64,000 nucleotides of DNA from Catajapyx aquilonaris (taxonomy: Eukaryota). The stretch lies in assembly GCA_000934665.2 (NCBI GenBank), contig KZ538312.1:1-64000 (forward strand), given 5' to 3'. The notes below the pieces were generated by a model that was given only the letters and a program-made list of their open reading frames with translations, searched no databases and was not told where the DNA came from. A program made the translations under genes and the position numbers. Shown here one piece after another: positions 60,485 to 64,000 of this stretch (position 1 is the first letter of the stretch; each line of letters begins with the position of its first letter).

Positions 60485-62568
60485 TTTCGGTACTGATTTT
60501 GGTAGGGATTTGAAGCCTGATTGTAACGGGCATGATTGGATAGCTTGGCCGCAAATGTTGCCAAAAATATATATGCGTTTTAACTGGGAGGTTGCAACAA
60601 AACAGTGTTCAAAGTGGATTTTGGACAACCATGCATTGTACGTCTTACATGTAAAGGGCATGTGACGATTGCAATGGCAGTAGCATATAGTGGACATGTT
60701 GATCGCATCTTCACAATTTGGCAAATGGCCATGCCTCATTAAGAGCAGCTTTTCTTGCAATTCTTTCTCGTCATGATAAATACACGTAGTTACAAACCAA
60801 ACAGATTTTTACGCCTTGTGCATGACCACAATCGTACGCTATGAATATTTTAATGTACAAAATGTCTTTCTGGCCGCTACGTTTATCTTATGCTAGTCCT
60901 CCTCCTGTCCTGGTAGTCAAATGCTATCTGGTTCATCTCCGTAAATTTTATAATTGCCAAAATCCACTTCTGGCAATGTTTGTTTCTGTCAAATGAACAA
61001 GGGTGTACGTACCATTGTGAATATTGTAACTATAGGATAATAAATATGCTTTCTTGTACTGTGTTTTATGGAATAATTTGGACTCATCTGAAATACTCTT
61101 TGCAACTAAATACATGACATTAAACTTATAAATTTATTATATTTATTTCATATGTATCAATATTGTATTGATTTATTTCATATGTATGAATATTTACTGT
61201 ATTGATTTATTTCATATTAATATTTATTAACCATTAAGTAGCGATTTATCAATTTATTTAATAATAATTGTGTAGTTATTAATTTGTTTAATATTCATTA
61301 CGTATACAGTAGTTGTTTTACAATAATAACATTAATTGCATATGGTAGTTCTATTAATATTCATTACATTCCTGATTTACTTTTATCAATATTAAAATGC
61401 TATTTATTGAGAATAAATGCTCTTTATTATTTCCTTAGATGTATATTATTTGAGTTACAATTTTCATATTCATTTTACGTGTATTTTATTCGCTAAAATT
61501 TATTTTGTTATATTAATTTAAATTTGCATTTAATATTTACGTTATGTTTATATTTGCATTTAATATTTACGTTATATTAATTTATATTTGCATTTAGTAT
61601 TTATGTTATGTTTATATTATGGATTTAATATTTATTTCACATTTATTTTATCGCTGAATATTCACTAAAATTAGTGACTTATATTAAATGCAATTAACTA
61701 ATATTAATGAACATTCAGTAATTTTATCAAAATAATATGAATCGTTATTTACTGTCAATACACTGCTTCGCACTGCTTCTTAAGTATGGTAACATTGATT
61801 TAATGTTATTCTGTTTTTTTAAAGTTACATGTTATTTATGTACCTATTATTTATTACCGAATGTTCTTTTAAGTATATTATTATTAAAATACTGCAATTA
61901 ATATGCTGCTGTCATTTCCAAAGTGCAAATAACGGCTACAAGTAACCGCTACTTCCCCCCAGAAAAAGTAGCGGCTATTCCTCCCCCCTACCTACTAGCA
62001 AGTGTTGCCAGACACCCGGCACCATGGCCACCGAATTTCTTGTTGTTGACAACATTGTTGGGCTCTGTTTGCAACCCTTTCCCATCTTATCAACCTAGTC
62101 AGGGGCCAATCCCCGACGGGGTTCGCCCTCGTTCCACAAAAAATATTAATATATATTTTATATATAAAAAAAGATTTTACCATTTCCCCCCCCCCCCCCT
62201 CCCTCCCCTTCCCCTCGCCACCACCACCAGCCAGGGATGAAAAAAGCTTGAGCTGGTTCCACTTGAGTGACGTCACGCCAGCAGCAGCGCCATTGGCCCT
62301 AGGTGCGGAGGATTCTCCCATCATTCGAGTTCGGGTCGCGTCAGGAGGAGGATCGAACGTTTTTGCAAGTGAGAGAGAGGTGAGGTGGACTCTTACTTCA
62401 CCCTAGGCTCTCTTTGTGTGTGTGCGTGTGGATTGTGTGGAGCCTTGTGCTGTTGTTGTTTCCAGCGCAGTGTATAAAGTGGGGTGCAGCCCAGAGACAA
62501 AAGAGGAGGATACACACGCACAAACAAAAAAAGAGCTGAGAGATTCAGATAGAGAGAGAGAGAGGATT

Positions 62569-62751
62569 ATGTCGGGGGCGGGTCAGCCGTCGAGCAGCGC
62601 TCTGAGGGCGCTGGCCCTGGAGTACAAGGGAGTTCAGGAGGAGCCAGTCGAGGGCTTCCGGGTCAGGCTCATCTCGGAGGAGAACCTGTTCGAGTGGGAG
62701 GTGGCCATCTTCGGACCTCCAGACACCCTCTACCAAGGAGGATACTTCAAG
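62569..62751 (+). CDS. UBE2R2: Ubiquitin-conjugating enzyme E2 R (Cdc34/UBE2R2), first coding exon
   Basis: MSGAGQPSSSALRALALEYKGVQEEPVEGFRVRLISEENLFEWEVAIFGPPDTLYQGGYFK followed by the donor AAG|GTATTG. The rest of the gene lies outside the window. Confidence 0.92.
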
Positions 62752-62939
62752 GTATTGTATATATCTACCGGATGAGAAAGAAAGAAAGGGGGGAAAAAAA
62801 AGAAAGGGAGGAGGGGGGGTTGGTAAAACTGGGGACTGTTGGCTGCACTGGGGGGTATAGTTGGAGCCACACTTACCTTTAAAAAAGGCCAGTTGGCACC
62901 CCTGTGGTTGGAAGGACTGGTGAGAGTACTGTTGGCTAT

Positions 62940-63207
62940 NNNNNNNNNNNNNNNNNNNNNNNNNNNNNNNNNNNNNNNNNNNNNNNNNNNNNNNNNNNNN
63001 NNNNNNNNNNNNNNNNNNNNNNNNNNNNNNNNNNNNNNNNNNNNNNNNNNNNNNNNNNNNNNNNNNNNNNNNNNNNNNNNNNNNNNNNNNNNNNNNNNNN
63101 NNNNNNNNNNNNNNNNNNNNNNNNNNNNNNNNNNNNNNNNNNNNNNNNNNNNNNNNNNNNNNNNNNNNNNNNNNNNNNNNNNNNNNNNNNNNNNNNNNNN
63201 NNNNNNN
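62940..63207. other. Assembly gap (N run)
   Basis: Run of N bases. Confidence 1.
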
Positions 63208-63249
63208 GGGGGGGGATATAGTTGGAGAGTTGGACAAAAAAAAGTCTGA

Positions 63250-63960
63250 AGTGTTTGTTTTTTTGTTTGTCCAGGTTTGGTTGCCATTTCCTGGTGATAC
63301 AAGAGGACGAACAAAGGAGCAGATGAAACTTGAATTTTGTCTATTGTTATAAAAGACTTTGTCCACGGTTTGGTGTGTCGTACCTGCTTAGTTAGTACTC
63401 ATGCAAGAGGAGGAACAATCATTGCCTTCTATTTCATGGCCATATGAAGACAAACAAACAAACAAACAAACAAACAAACAAACAAACAAACAGTACCATC
63501 TCTTCATAACACTGGACAGTGCAGCAAGTTTCCGCTGCATCGAGCAATGGCTGGACTGAGGTTGTGCCTAATTTGTTTGTTTGTTTGTCCAGGTTTCACG
63601 ACTGCTTCATACTCAATACATGAGGACGAACAAACATTGCCTTTTAAAACAGCTCGTGGCCAAACAAAGAAACATACCGTCTTTTGTAACGCTAGGCAAT
63701 ATTACAATCGGACAACGGCTGTACTATGAAATTGTGCCTAATTTGTTTCTTTGTTTGTCCAGGGTTGGTTTTATGCACATGTCGTACCCATTTATACAGA
63801 GCACAAACAGGCAGACAAATGGTAAAGCCGTTGCCCGATGCAGCGGAAACTTAATATTGTCTTAGTGTTATAAAAAACGGTATGTTTCTTTGTTTGTCCA
63901 GGATTTTTTTCTGCACGCTTTGTACCTATTCCATGCTCATGCACAGGACAAACAAATGCA
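63250..63960. repeat. Degenerate repeat with TTTGTTTGTCCAGG motifs and an (AAAC)n tract
   Basis: The motif recurs at ~63261, 63580, 63750 and 63889. (AAAC)n spans 63451-63492. Confidence 0.6.
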
Positions 63961-64000
63961 GCATAATTTTCCATGACATATGCGCGTGTAACATGTCGAG

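Noticed and set aside
62545..63366. Long ORFs containing X runs
   Set aside because: Artefacts of the N gap.

Overview
Eukaryotic, intron-rich arthropod DNA, probably a hemimetabolous insect judging by SINE types and gene content (species not identifiable). Six apparently intact spliced genes were assembled by hand from GT-AG sites with consistent reading phase: an HTH + 11x C2H2 zinc-finger gene (-), a Ric/Rit-family Ras GTPase (+), a MUM1/PWWP3-like gene (-), a PWWP + C2H2 acidic protein gene (-), CRTC (-) and MAIP1 (+). CRTC and MAIP1 are head-to-head. The first coding exon of a Cdc34/UBE2R E2 gene (+) lies just before an assembly gap. The ~23.8-35 kb block is a rearranged accessory zone. 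It holds a fold-back Academ-type DNA transposon with nested insertions, a broken PRC1/Fascetto copy with a ~1 kb inverted duplication, and a truncated lingerer/UBAP2L copy. MITEs, tRNA-derived SINEs, hairpins and minisatellites are scattered throughout. The best candidates for new biology are (1) a transposase-like HTH exon spliced in frame onto a zinc-finger array and (2) the inverted PRC1 pseudogene pair, which could produce hairpin endo-siRNAs. All family assignments come from motif recognition, not database searches.
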